64,000 nt of DNA from Patescibacteria group bacterium (GTDB lineage: Bacteria; Patescibacteriota; Patescibacteriia; UBA1558; GWA2-36-10), in the NCBI GenBank assembly GCA_028718865.1, contig JAQUKX010000001.1, forward strand, positions 64,067 to 128,066, written 5' to 3'. The first letter of the stretch is position 1, and every line of letters starts with the position of its first letter. Below the pieces are notes generated by a model that was not told the origin of the DNA, made no database searches, and saw nothing but the letters and a program-made list of their open reading frames with translations. Shown here one piece after another: positions 49,638 through 62,093 of the stretch. The position numbers and the translations under genes were made by a program.

Positions 49638-50183
49638 TTATATTTTTTTGATTTGGAGAAAATCCAGCTCCACCGGAGTTTCCCGGCCGAACATGGAAAC
49701 CAAAACTTTTACCTTGCCACGAGCCTGATCAATATCAGAAATCTTGCCTTCATAATCCTTGAAAGGCCCGTCGCTGATTTTGACCATATCTCCCTCATCC
49801 AGATCAATCTTGAATTCCGGCTCTTCCTTACCCATCCTCTGCATCAGAGCTTTTATTTCTGATTCGGAAACCGGCGTAGGCGTAGTGCCTGAGCCGACAA
49901 AACCAGTAACATTAGGGGTATTTCTCACTACATACCAAGAAGCGTCAGTGACTATCATATTGACTAGCACATAGCCGGGAAAAATTTTTTCCTTGACCGT
50001 TCGACGCTTGCCGTTTTTTATCTTAATTTTGGTTTCAGTAGGAATCAAAACATCAAAAATCTTGTCTTCCATATCCATAGACTCAATACGCTGTTTGAGA
50101 TTGCGAGAGACATTTTCCTCATAGCCGGAATAGGTATGAAGCACATACCAGCGGCGACCTTGTTGTCCGGTTTGCTTTGACAT
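49638..50183 (-). CDS. nusG: Transcription termination/antitermination factor NusG
   Basis: WYVLHTYSGYE, FPGYVLV, VRNTPNVTGF, FGRETPVEL. Confidence 0.99.
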   Translation of the reverse strand: MSKQTGQQGRRWYVLHTYSGYEENVSRNLKQRIESMDMEDKIFDVLIPTETKIKIKNGKRRTVKEKIFPGYVLVNMIVTDASWYVVRNTPNVTGFVGSGTTPTPVSESEIKALMQRMGKEEPEFKIDLDEGDMVKISDGPFKDYEGKISDIDQARGKVKVLVSMFGRETPVELDFLQIKKI

Positions 50184-50209
50184 ATGATTGAAATCTTAAA
50201 AATTTAAAA

Positions 50210-50392
50210 TTAGCTTATCACTAGCTCCAGAATTTTTACCAGCAAAAAGTCCACCAGCCCCAAAAATAAAGCTACAGCCAAAGACACGCCGATAACCACC
50301 AAAGTATGATTGATAGTTTTTGCCCGATTGGGCCAGGCCACTTTGGCCAACTCGGCTTTGGACTCATTGAGATATTTGCCTAACTTGTTCAT
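50210..50392 (-). CDS. secE: Preprotein translocase SecE
   Basis: ELAKVAWP + TM helix; upstream of nusG. Confidence 0.95.
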   Translation of the reverse strand: MNKLGKYLNESKAELAKVAWPNRAKTINHTLVVIGVSLAVALFLGLVDFLLVKILELVIS

Positions 50393-50548
50393 TTCTTTAA
50401 AATTCAGGTTTTTTAAAACAGCTTCTGCGGCTGTTTAATAACAAAATAACTATAGCACAAAAAAAATATTTTGGCAAGAGCAAAGAAAAAACAAAAACCA
50501 AGCCCTATAATCCAGCGCCTGCCCGCACTGAAAAACTAGCTCAATCGG

Positions 50549-52648
<2,100 letters not shown>

Positions 52649-52758
52649 TTATTTTTTTCTGGTCATTTTAACTCAAATTACGCCTATATTTTAGCACGAA
52701 AAAAAGAAAAAAACAAGCAAAAAAGGCCTATTGGTTCTGCTTATTTTTTTCTCTTATT

Positions 52759-55191
52759 TTAGCGCAATTTTGCCTCAAATTTTTTCACCAGAATCGCCAA
52801 AATTTCTGCCATAATTTTATCTATATCTTCAGCCAAAAGCGTCCGTTCATCACTTCTAAATTCCAAGTGAAAAGCCACTGATTTTTTACCCGGCTCAATC
52901 CCCTGGCCAGCAAAGACGTCAAAGGGCTCCAACTGCCTGATCAAAGGATTGATTTTTTTGATTTCTTTTTCCAAATCCCGCCAAGCTGTCTGACTGGAAA
53001 CAATAACCGCCATATCACGATAGACTGCCGGAAACTTGGGCAAAGCTTTATGCTTTTTGCTCCAACTCAAATATTTGACCAGCAAAGCAAAGTCCAGATC
53101 CCAAAAAGCAACATTGACTTTGGCCTTGTTTTCTTTGACCAGCAAATTTTCATCTAAAATTCCGAATTGCCCCAAAGCCAGTTCTTGGGTATTTATCTGA
53201 TAAGCAAAACGGCCATAAGGAAGTTTTTGTTCTGCTAGTTCATATTCAATGTTTAATTTCTCCAGCAATGCTTCCAATAGGCCTTTGACCGATAAAAATA
53301 CTTCTTCCTGATTCTTTTGGCTTAGCTCTAGGCCGGACAAACGCTTGTCTTGACGAGGCAAAAACTTCTTGCGGCTAGCATCGCTGTGAAAAACTCCTTT
53401 GTTTTTTTTGTCAAAAACCCGCTCCAGTTCAAAAATCTTAAAATTATCAAACCAGCGCAAATTCTCTTGGGCCTTTTTAAACAAATTGGGCAAAAGCGAC
53501 AAATTAAGATAAGTCTGCTCAGGACTCAAAGCGTTTTTTACTTTGACATGATCACTTAGATCCAATTCCATTTTTTTTATCCAGGACTGATCGCTAAAAG
53601 GATAAGTCATCAACTGATGATAGCCTTGGCTCAAAGCCAGCCACTTGACGAGCTCCCTTTCAGTATATAGGGCGATATCCACCATGGGTTTTTCCAGAGA
53701 CACCAGCGGCAGTTTTGGATCAATATTGTTATAGCCATAAATACGAGCTATCTCTTCTACTATATCCTCGGCTATGGACAAATCTTTTGTTGCCCGCCAG
53801 CTGGGAACCTGGATATAAAAAGTTTTGTGCTGGTAGCGGAAATCAAATTCCAAACGCTTCAAGATACTTTTTATCTCGGCGGTTTGGATAATCTGGCCGC
53901 AGCGACGGTTGATAAGATCTTCTTCTACTTCAATACTTATAGCTTTGAAAGGATTGTTGTCTATATCTAGCAAATCGCTGGCCACATAAGCTTCAGGGCA
54001 AAGAGACAAAATAAGCTCAGCGGCTCTTTTTATGGCCAGTTGGGTCAATAAGGGGTCTAGGGATTTTTCAAAACGAGACGAGCTCTCAGTTCTTAGTCCT
54101 AAGGCGCTGGAAGTGCGGCGGATATTGACTGCTCGGAAATTGGCCGACTCCAAAATAATATCTTTGGTCTGATCGCTGATTTCGCTATTTTGTCCGCCGA
54201 TAATACCAGCCAAGGCAACATACTTATCTTTGTCCGCTATCATCAAGGCGCCGGCTGGCAACTTGCGGCTCTGGCCATCAAGACTGACGAATTTATCACC
54301 CTTTTGAGCCTGTTTGACAATTATTTTATGACCGCTGATTTCTTTAGCATCAAAAGCATGCAAGGGCTGGCCCAGCTCGTACATCAAATAATTACTCACA
54401 TCAACAATATTGTTTATCGGCCTAATACCGACTGCCGCCAAACGATTTTTTAGCCACCAAGGAGACTCAGCTACGCTGATATTTTTGATAGCCAAGGCCT
54501 GATAACGAAAACAATTTTCTTTGTCCTCCACTACGGCTTTTAGCTTAAGCTCGTTTTTGCTTTTTATCTCCGGCGTTTTGTAAGGCGCTAGTTTCAATTT
54601 ATAAATTGCCGCCAGTTCGCGAGCTAGGCCGTACTGCCCCCAAAGATCCGGGCGATGGTTAATAGATTTATTGTCAATATCAATAATCTGGTCATTGAGC
54701 TCCAGAGCTTCAGCCAAGGACTGGCCCGGTTTTATCTTTGTTCCCGATAAAATAAGAATCTCGCCCGACTCAAAAGACGGAAACAAAGTTTCCAGACCTA
54801 TTTCATCAGCCGCGGCAATCATGCCTTGGGATTCTATGCCTCTGATTTTGGTTCTGTCCAGCTGGACATAATCACCCTGGCCATGCCATTTCACTTTGGC
54901 GCCAGGCAAAGCCAAGGCTACTAGTATTCCCTTACTAAGATTGGTGCCACCGCAGACGATTTGCTCTGTACTCAGACCGATGTTGACTTGACAGACTTGC
55001 AATTTATCAGCATTGGGATGCTTGGCTATTTCCTCCACTTTGCCGACAATTATATTTTCCAAAGCTGCCGACTGATCTATCAGTTCTTCCACCTCTACCG
55101 TTGACATAGTCAAAGCCAAAGCCAAATCTTTTGGCGAGGCATCTTTCGGGAGCTTAAGCCAGTCTTTTACCCAATTGAGTGATAAATACAT
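52759..55191 (-). CDS. pheT: Phenylalanine--tRNA ligase beta subunit
   Basis: HPNADKL, RPINNIVD, GQPLHAFD, EEIARIYGY, FDX-ACB C-terminus. Confidence 0.98.
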   Translation of the reverse strand: MYLSLNWVKDWLKLPKDASPKDLALALTMSTVEVEELIDQSAALENIIVGKVEEIAKHPNADKLQVCQVNIGLSTEQIVCGGTNLSKGILVALALPGAKVKWHGQGDYVQLDRTKIRGIESQGMIAAADEIGLETLFPSFESGEILILSGTKIKPGQSLAEALELNDQIIDIDNKSINHRPDLWGQYGLARELAAIYKLKLAPYKTPEIKSKNELKLKAVVEDKENCFRYQALAIKNISVAESPWWLKNRLAAVGIRPINNIVDVSNYLMYELGQPLHAFDAKEISGHKIIVKQAQKGDKFVSLDGQSRKLPAGALMIADKDKYVALAGIIGGQNSEISDQTKDIILESANFRAVNIRRTSSALGLRTESSSRFEKSLDPLLTQLAIKRAAELILSLCPEAYVASDLLDIDNNPFKAISIEVEEDLINRRCGQIIQTAEIKSILKRLEFDFRYQHKTFYIQVPSWRATKDLSIAEDIVEEIARIYGYNNIDPKLPLVSLEKPMVDIALYTERELVKWLALSQGYHQLMTYPFSDQSWIKKMELDLSDHVKVKNALSPEQTYLNLSLLPNLFKKAQENLRWFDNFKIFELERVFDKKNKGVFHSDASRKKFLPRQDKRLSGLELSQKNQEEVFLSVKGLLEALLEKLNIEYELAEQKLPYGRFAYQINTQELALGQFGILDENLLVKENKAKVNVAFWDLDFALLVKYLSWSKKHKALPKFPAVYRDMAVIVSSQTAWRDLEKEIKKINPLIRQLEPFDVFAGQGIEPGKKSVAFHLEFRSDERTLLAEDIDKIMAEILAILVKKFEAKLR

Positions 55192-55233
55192 AATTATTTG
55201 CTAATAGTTTATGATCTATAACTAATTTAACTA

Positions 55234-56244
55234 TTAAAATTGTTTCAAAAATCGCAAATCACCGGAGCTAAGCAAGCGAATATCATTGATACGATATTTC
55301 ATCATTACCAGCCTAGTCAATCCCAGACCAAAAGCAAAACCGCTATAATTGGCCGGATCTATTCCGCCAGCTTTCAAAACCTCAGGATGGACCAAGCCGC
55401 AAGGCATCAGCTCTAGCCAGCCTGACTGCTTGCAAACCGAGCAGCCAGCGCCATCGCAAATCAGGCATTTGATATCCATCTCAAAACCGGGCTCCACAAA
55501 AGGAAAAAATCCGGGCCGCAATCTCACTGCAACATCCTTGCTAAAAACCAGAGATAAAAATGCCTGCATCGTGGCGATCAAATTGCCGATATTTATATCC
55601 TTGTCTACCATCAAGCCTTCCAACTGATAAAAAGTATGTTCATGACTGGCATCGGTCGCCTCATTTCTAAACACTCGGCCGGGAAAAATCCCCCGAAAAG
55701 GCGCCCCGTATTTTTCCAACATTCTTACTTGCAAATTGGAAGTCTGGCTTCTCAGCAGCCAGCCGCCTTCTAGCCAAAAAGTATCCTGACTGTCTCGAGC
55801 CGGATGATCAGCCGGAGTATTGAGAGCCGTAAAATTATAATAATCCGATTCCAGCTGCGGACCGTCATACACCATAAAGCCCATTTGCTTAAAAGCTTCT
55901 TCCACTTCGTACTGGACAATGGTAGAAGGGTGCAAATGACCAACAGCATTTCTTCTGCCCGGCATGGTCGGATCAAAATCGGTCTCGGCGGCTGCTTTTT
56001 TTTCTTTGACAGCTTTTTCCAAGCTGGCAAAAATATCCCCCAGCTCTTTTTTTACTTCATTGACCAGTTGGCCGGCTCGCGGTCTTTCTTCTTCAGCTAG
56101 GTTTTTTACTTCTTTCAAAAACCGAGCCAGTTCGCTTTTGCGTCCAAGATACTTTGTTTTGAGTTGAGCCAAAAACTGACTGTCGCTTACATCTTTAATT
56201 TCCTGAACCAGCTTGTCCTTTATTTTTTTCAAATCCTCTTCCAT
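55234..56244 (-). CDS. pheS: Phenylalanine--tRNA ligase alpha subunit
   Basis: HPARDSQDTF, FPFVEP, GFAFGLG; start at ATG 56244 preferred. Confidence 0.98.
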   Translation of the reverse strand: MEEDLKKIKDKLVQEIKDVSDSQFLAQLKTKYLGRKSELARFLKEVKNLAEEERPRAGQLVNEVKKELGDIFASLEKAVKEKKAAAETDFDPTMPGRRNAVGHLHPSTIVQYEVEEAFKQMGFMVYDGPQLESDYYNFTALNTPADHPARDSQDTFWLEGGWLLRSQTSNLQVRMLEKYGAPFRGIFPGRVFRNEATDASHEHTFYQLEGLMVDKDINIGNLIATMQAFLSLVFSKDVAVRLRPGFFPFVEPGFEMDIKCLICDGAGCSVCKQSGWLELMPCGLVHPEVLKAGGIDPANYSGFAFGLGLTRLVMMKYRINDIRLLSSGDLRFLKQF

Positions 56245-56254
56245 AAAAATTTTT

Positions 56255-56647
56255 TCAATTTTTATCCCCTCTTTTTTTAAACAAGGCAATGACAAACTCC
56301 ACCAAAGCAGCCAAAAGCGCCAGCAAGCTGATATTCCACCAGGTCAAGAGCCGCTCGGCTTGCAAAAGCAAAGCCACGATAATGGCCAAAGAAAAAATCA
56401 AAGACTGGCGAAAAGACTCAAAAGCCATAAAACGAGGCTGGCGTTTTTTGCGGTTGAGCAAAAGCCTCAACCAAAAACCCAAAAGCGCCCAAGTGCCCAA
56501 CAATGCCAAAAACAAAACAAGATAAAACAAAACAAAAATAAGCCTATCAATTTGCTCCGGATCAAAATTGGCTATTAGTATCAAAAATCCCAGCCAGGCC
56601 AAAGCCGTGGCCAAAAGCATGGAAATATTGTAGCTTTTAGCTGTCAT
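56255..56647 (-). CDS. Hypothetical 4-TM membrane protein
   Basis: Four hydrophobic helices; co-oriented with pheS. Confidence 0.8.
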   Translation of the reverse strand: MTAKSYNISMLLATALAWLGFLILIANFDPEQIDRLIFVLFYLVLFLALLGTWALLGFWLRLLLNRKKRQPRFMAFESFRQSLIFSLAIIVALLLQAERLLTWWNISLLALLAALVEFVIALFKKRGDKN

Positions 56648-56786
56648 AACTACTCAATTCTACAAGAAAAAAGCGTAAAAATCAACCTGCAAACAAAATA
56701 CTTTTAGAAGGAGGCGAAACGCAGCTGGTATCAGCTTTGTTTCGCCTGCCTGGGAAAGAACAGTAGGCTTAGGAAAGGAAAAATGG

Positions 56787-57071
56787 TCATAACTCGACCT
56801 CAATAGCTTCGTCATGAACCACTATCCGGCCGAAATCTGCCGAAATAGCCAGATGAGACCATTCTCTGTATTGAATAACTTGCTCCCAAAGGCGAGCAAT
56901 GCCCCAACGGCCTTCCTTGCGGAGAGTTGTCAAAAGCTCTTGAGCTCGCACATGATAATAGCCATCAGCGGCAAAGGAATCGTCTACTCTCAAATAGAGT
57001 CCGCGAAGACCTCCACGCAAAACTAGATCAACACCGGATATTTCCGGACAAGCAATGACTAAAATCACCAC
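56787..57071 (-). CDS. Orphan hypothetical protein
   Basis: AGGGAGG SD 7 nt before GTG 57071; hairpin downstream at 56712-56747. Confidence 0.55.
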   Translation of the reverse strand: MVILVIACPEISGVDLVLRGGLRGLYLRVDDSFAADGYYHVRAQELLTTLRKEGRWGIARLWEQVIQYREWSHLAISADFGRIVVHDEAIEVEL

Positions 57072-57127
57072 GGCCAAACCTCCCTGTAAAAGACCAAAGC
57101 CTAGAACCTTCTAAAAATATTCTGTTT

Positions 57128-57424
57128 TTAATTTAAAAATCTCAAGGTACTGACTGTTTTATATGCCTGCCTGTCATTAAGCCGGCTGATAAAAAAATCT
57201 CTTTGCTCTACAAGGCTATGATACAAATCATCAGCCAAGACAGCAATGCTCAATTCTCCATCCTGCCAGTAAACTGCCCGAGCTTTATCTAGGCTGTCAG
57301 CGCCAAAAATCTCTGCCAACAATTCATTGGCCTGGCTAAGCAAAAGCGCCTGACGGGCTTTTTCTTTGATGCCTTTTTTCTCCAAAGAGCTATCGGCCAA
57401 ATCTTTAATGTTTGTCCAGGACAT
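57128..57424 (-). CDS. DciA/DUF721-like protein
   Basis: 98 aa, DGELSIAV...L...LN...V..LRF pattern; 4 bp downstream of the helicase. Confidence 0.6.
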   Translation of the reverse strand: MSWTNIKDLADSSLEKKGIKEKARQALLLSQANELLAEIFGADSLDKARAVYWQDGELSIAVLADDLYHSLVEQRDFFISRLNDRQAYKTVSTLRFLN

Positions 57425-57428
57425 AAGC

Positions 57429-60395
57429 TTAGTTTTTATTCAAATTGGTATAAGGACAAACGCTTTTGAAATCACAATAACTGCAAACATGGCCGGGGCT
57501 AGCGCTAAAATCATGAGACAATATCTTTTCTATAGTAGTCACTATCCAATCCTTGGTTTTGGCAATATCTTTTTCCTGGCCGACAAAAGACAGAGGTTGA
57601 TTGTTTTCCAAATAATAAAAAGTGAGATTGTTTATTTTTTGGCCAAAAACCTCTTCCGCAGCTATCTGATAAATCAGTAATTGTTTTTTGTCATCAAAGT
57701 CCAGCTTAGTCTTGGGCCGGCCGGTCTTGTAATCAATGATTTCCCAGCCACCTGCCAAGGCATCCACTCTGTCAAAAACACCTCGCAGACTGTAATCTTT
57801 TATCTTGATAGTAAAGCCTTTTTCCAAAAATAAAGGCACCCGCCAATTGTCTTTGAACTTGCGATAAAACTCTTTGAGCTGTTTGATGCCCGACTGATAG
57901 TACTTGTCTTTCTGCTGCTGGTCTTGATACCAGTCATCAATCCAGGATTGTTTGTAGAATTCCAAGAGATCCTTTTCAGTCGGATGAGGCGGCTCAATAT
58001 TTTTTTTGTTTTTGCCAAACAAATCTCCCTGCTTGGCTTCAGCGCGACTGATCATCAACTGATAAAATTTCTGCAAAGCTGAGTGCATGGTCTTGCCGAA
58101 GCTAAATTGAGCACTGCCACGACTGGGCACCTTGGCAACAAAATTATAAAAATACTGCCAGGGACAGGCCTCGTAAGCTTTGAGCTGGGAAAAAGAAAAA
58201 GTCTTGGGTAAAGGATATTTTACTTTCTCAATCTTGGGATTGAGGTCTTTTGGCTTTTCTAACGAAAGCTTGGCTTCAGAAGAAGCAATGTCTAGCTCAT
58301 CGATAAATCTGGAAGGTTTTTTGGCCGTGGCTCCGCCGTAATTTTTGGCCCAAGTAAGATAAACTGCTTTTTTGGCTCGGGTCAAGGCTACATAAAACAA
58401 ACGCCTTTCTTCCTGCAAATGCGCGTCGCCGCTGGGCAGAGTTTCCTTGATAAAAACCTCGGGGATCTCTATAGCATCTTTTCTCTCTATGGAAGGAAAG
58501 CGCAAATGAACCAAGTTGGTGATAAAAACATATTTAAACTCCAAGCCCTTGGCGCCGTGGACGGTCATCACTTTTATCACATCCGGACCAGCTTCGCTGT
58601 CATATTGCAAAGCGCCCATTTCTCCAGATTCTAGCTCCAGATTGAACTTGGCCAAAAAATTGTGCACCGAATTATCGCCCAGCGCTTCCTCCTCCCACTG
58701 GCGGATTTTTTTGAAAAATTGATTGAGGAAATGCAGCTGTTCTTGATTGTACTGATTTTGCTCCAGAGTGAGCATCTGCAAATATCCGCTGTCTTCCAGC
58801 CACTGATAAATCACCCGCGAAACACTGGCCGTCTTGCCCAGCTCAGTATGCTGGCTGATATTTTTCAAAAGCTCAGTCAAAATCCTCTGCTCGCCTAAAG
58901 GCAGATTTATCTGCCCTGGATAATTTTTGGCGGCATAATACAAGCTCCAGCTTTTTTTACTGGCCAAATGAGACAAGTCAATGATGGTCTGCACCTGCAA
59001 ATTGGTAACACCCAAGCTCAAAATACGAAAAAAAGCCGGCGATTCATGATAATTGTCCAAAAGCTTCAAATAAGCGACAATATCCTGAACCACGTCCTGG
59101 GCATAGAGACCGCGCGAAGCCATAAACTGATGCGGCAAGCCCCTTTTTCTCATCATAGAAACAAAACCCTGCGCTTGATCATTGGCTCTGACCAAAATGG
59201 CAAAATCAGACCAGCGAGCCGACTGATCACTTTTTCTCAAATTCATTATCTTGTCCAAGATGCCGTCAATTTCCGAATCCTTATCCGGATAAGCCAAAAC
59301 CGCCACTTCGCCTTTATCATCGCTGTGGCTGACTAATTTTTTATTCAAAATAATTTTTTTGGCGCTCTTGGCCGAAGTGGTCTTGCTGCTCTTTGGCCTA
59401 TACTGGTATTCCAAACGATCGGGATTGTTGAGCTGGATAAAATCATAAGCAGCGTCCAGAATCTTCTGGCCGCTGCGATAATTATCGAGCAAAAATATCT
59501 CTTTTAAGTTTGGGTAATCTTTTTTGAAATTCAAAATATTGGAAATGGCTGCCCCGCGGAATTTGTAAATCGCCTGATCATCATCGCCGACCGCCATAAT
59601 GTTGTTTTTGGGAGCCGCCAGTATTTTGACCAGCTCATATTGCGCCCAGTTGGTGTCCTGAAACTCATCGACCAAAATATATTTGAATTGCTCTCTGAAT
59701 TTTTTGAGAATCTGCGGCCGCTTTTGAAAAAGCCTAAGCGTGTAATTGATCAAATCACCAAAATCCATGGCATCTCTATCTAAAAGCAGTTGTTGATAAA
59801 CATGATAGGCATTGGCCAGTTCCCGCTGGCGCAGTATTTCCATCTCCCTTTCCTCCCTGTCTAGAGCTTGATCGCTGTCCAGCTGGAGATTTTGGGCATA
59901 CTCCAGATAATCTTCAGGCGAAATCACTTCATCTTTGAGGCGGGAAAAATGAGTTAAAAGAGCGTGGATAAAACGACTGGGGCTGCCCAAAGGAGAATAA
60001 TAATCCAAATTAAATTTATCAAGATTTTCTCTGACCAAAAGCCAAGCAGCGGTAGTATCCAAAAGCTTGAAGTCATTGCTAAGACCAATATCAATAGCAT
60101 GATTTTTGAGCACCCGATCGCAAAAACCGTGAAAAGTATGCACCCATAAATCAGCATAGCCCAGAGGCAAAAGTTTATCCACTCTCTCGGACATTTCGCC
60201 AGCAGCTTTTTCAGTAAAAGTAAGCGCCAGAATCTCCTCTGGTCTAGCCTTGCCTTGTTCCACCAAATAAGCTAATTTTTGGGTAATAACCGTGGTCTTG
60301 CCCGTACCGGCGCCAGCTATCAGAATAAGAGGGCCTTGGTCATGAAGCAAGGCCTCTTTTTGAGCCAAATTGAGATAAGACAAGTCTATAGCCAT
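57429..60395 (-). CDS. UvrD/PcrA-like SF1 helicase fused to a C-terminal PD-(D/E)xK nuclease
   Basis: AGAGTGKT, LVDEFQDTN, VGDDDQAIY, EERRLFYVALTRA; SFSQL...CP, GVFDRVD, IIDYKTG, CSYCDFKSVC. Confidence 0.95.
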   Translation of the reverse strand: MAIDLSYLNLAQKEALLHDQGPLILIAGAGTGKTTVITQKLAYLVEQGKARPEEILALTFTEKAAGEMSERVDKLLPLGYADLWVHTFHGFCDRVLKNHAIDIGLSNDFKLLDTTAAWLLVRENLDKFNLDYYSPLGSPSRFIHALLTHFSRLKDEVISPEDYLEYAQNLQLDSDQALDREEREMEILRQRELANAYHVYQQLLLDRDAMDFGDLINYTLRLFQKRPQILKKFREQFKYILVDEFQDTNWAQYELVKILAAPKNNIMAVGDDDQAIYKFRGAAISNILNFKKDYPNLKEIFLLDNYRSGQKILDAAYDFIQLNNPDRLEYQYRPKSSKTTSAKSAKKIILNKKLVSHSDDKGEVAVLAYPDKDSEIDGILDKIMNLRKSDQSARWSDFAILVRANDQAQGFVSMMRKRGLPHQFMASRGLYAQDVVQDIVAYLKLLDNYHESPAFFRILSLGVTNLQVQTIIDLSHLASKKSWSLYYAAKNYPGQINLPLGEQRILTELLKNISQHTELGKTASVSRVIYQWLEDSGYLQMLTLEQNQYNQEQLHFLNQFFKKIRQWEEEALGDNSVHNFLAKFNLELESGEMGALQYDSEAGPDVIKVMTVHGAKGLEFKYVFITNLVHLRFPSIERKDAIEIPEVFIKETLPSGDAHLQEERRLFYVALTRAKKAVYLTWAKNYGGATAKKPSRFIDELDIASSEAKLSLEKPKDLNPKIEKVKYPLPKTFSFSQLKAYEACPWQYFYNFVAKVPSRGSAQFSFGKTMHSALQKFYQLMISRAEAKQGDLFGKNKKNIEPPHPTEKDLLEFYKQSWIDDWYQDQQQKDKYYQSGIKQLKEFYRKFKDNWRVPLFLEKGFTIKIKDYSLRGVFDRVDALAGGWEIIDYKTGRPKTKLDFDDKKQLLIYQIAAEEVFGQKINNLTFYYLENNQPLSFVGQEKDIAKTKDWIVTTIEKILSHDFSASPGHVCSYCDFKSVCPYTNLNKN

Positions 60396-60485
60396 GGATA
60401 TATTTTAGCGAAAAAAATCCTTCTTGGCAAAGGTTTTTAGCAAAACAAAAAAGCCCTTAAACAAGGCGATTTTGGTATTTTATTA

Positions 60486-60935
60486 TTATTCCAAAACTAC
60501 ATATTCCAGAGCTTGGGGCACGGATTTGCTATAAGCCATGATTATCTCCAGATCGTCGGGCAGTTCTTTGGCTAGAATTTCCTTGATAGCCAAAAGATCT
60601 TGCTTGTATTTATCCTCTTCTTCCTGAGCTGATTTGAAATTCTGGCTACCGCCGTAAGCTTGGCTGTCCCAATTCCACAAAAGCAAAATCTTCTTGATGC
60701 CGTGAAGATTTTTGGACACAGCCACTATTTTTTCAATAAAAGAAAGCTTAAAACCATTGTTTTTGAGGACATCCTTGGCTGATCCTGGCCAAGCATAAAG
60801 GTCAAAATCTTTATAACCCAAGCCCTTTTCCACAAACTCCTGATCGGATTCGCGGAAGCGAAAATCCACGCATTTGATCAAAGCCAAAGAACACTGCTTT
60901 TTCTCTAAATTATCATTGGGAACCGTAAAGTTCAT
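60486..60935 (-). CDS. Carbonic-anhydrase-like protein with degenerate zinc ligands
   Basis: CVDFRF and PG motif present; HxDCGAYG replaced by NWDSQAYG; promoter TTGACA-N17-TATAGT at 60984-61012. Confidence 0.65.
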   Translation of the reverse strand: MNFTVPNDNLEKKQCSLALIKCVDFRFRESDQEFVEKGLGYKDFDLYAWPGSAKDVLKNNGFKLSFIEKIVAVSKNLHGIKKILLLWNWDSQAYGGSQNFKSAQEEEDKYKQDLLAIKEILAKELPDDLEIIMAYSKSVPQALEYVVLE

Positions 60936-61045
60936 AAATATTAGCCAATTTTTAAATTTTTGCTAAAAAATAAAAGCGGCTCCACTATATATTAGCCGCT
61001 ATTAAATGTCAAGGGAATAAATACGACTCGCCAAACTCTAAGGCT

Positions 61046-62086
61046 TTATTCCAATTGAGGGCGCTCTACTTCATCAATTTCCAGTTTACTATTGCTACCG
61101 GTGATTTTAAAAAGATCTTTGTCAATTTTAGCGAATTCCTTGCTGGAAAAATTATAAGTATTGACCGAAGCTGACAGCTGGGAACCGAGCTTCTGGTGAT
61201 ACTGAGCATAGGCCAACATGTGTTTTTGCAGCTTCTCCACATTTTTGCGGATTTCCTTGGCTGACTCTTCAATTTGCAAAGCGCGCAAACCCTGTAAAAC
61301 GGTCTGAAGATAAGCGGCAAAAGTAGTAGGCGAGACAATAATGACTTTTTTCTCATTGAAGGCATAATCAATCAAGCTGCGCGTGTTGATTTTGACTGCT
61401 CCCACTTCATTGATCAGTAAATCATAATAAATGCCCTCAGCCGGAATAAACATAAAAGCAAAATCCAAAGTATCCTCAGTCGGCCGGATATACTTACTGC
61501 TTTCATCAATCCGCTTTTTCAAGTCGTTTTTAAATTCTTTTTCCAAAATCAGCTTTTTGTCTTTATCCTTTTCATTGATAATGCGACGATAATTATCCAA
61601 AGAAAACTTAGCGTCAATCGGCAACAGCTTATCTTTTATTTTTACCACGGCGTCCACTGCTTCACCGTTTTTAAAGGCATACTGCATCTGATAACTCTGC
61701 GGCGGCAAGATATTGGACAAAATAAGCTCCAGACTAGCTTCACCCAAATTGCCTCTGGTCTTGGCATTAGTCAAGACTTTTTCCAAATTCTGCAATTGAT
61801 CGGTAAAACTCACCACTTGCTTATTGGTCTCTTCCAATTTGAGCAGCTTTTCACTTACTTCTTTGGACAGTCGGCTGGTTTCCATGAATTGATCTTGGAG
61901 CATTTTGGCGCTATGACGAGTGGTCTGGTCGATTTTTTCTCCCAGCTGGCGGTTGAGCTCGTTTATCTGTTGCTGCAAAAGCAAAATCGCCTGCGGATCT
62001 TTGGCTTCGGGCTTGGCTTTTTTGATCAAAAACCAAAATATCAGACCAAAGCCAACTAGTATCAAAATTGTGTTTAAATATTCCAT
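61046..62086 (-). CDS. rmuC: DNA recombination protein RmuC
   Basis: KTRGNLGE, PIDAKF, FAFMFIPAEG, VSPTTF. Confidence 0.95.
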   Translation of the reverse strand: MEYLNTILILVGFGLIFWFLIKKAKPEAKDPQAILLLQQQINELNRQLGEKIDQTTRHSAKMLQDQFMETSRLSKEVSEKLLKLEETNKQVVSFTDQLQNLEKVLTNAKTRGNLGEASLELILSNILPPQSYQMQYAFKNGEAVDAVVKIKDKLLPIDAKFSLDNYRRIINEKDKDKKLILEKEFKNDLKKRIDESSKYIRPTEDTLDFAFMFIPAEGIYYDLLINEVGAVKINTRSLIDYAFNEKKVIIVSPTTFAAYLQTVLQGLRALQIEESAKEIRKNVEKLQKHMLAYAQYHQKLGSQLSASVNTYNFSSKEFAKIDKDLFKITGSNSKLEIDEVERPQLE

Positions 62087-62093
62087 TATATTA

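Noticed and set aside
57429-58210. Cas4-like domain considered as evidence of a CRISPR-Cas locus
   Set aside because: It is the fused nuclease of a repair helicase; no other cas genes or array
60982-60996. CCACTATATATTAGC considered as an NrdR box
   Set aside because: Right half mismatches the consensus, it is single, and it is explained by a -10 element inside a terminator loop
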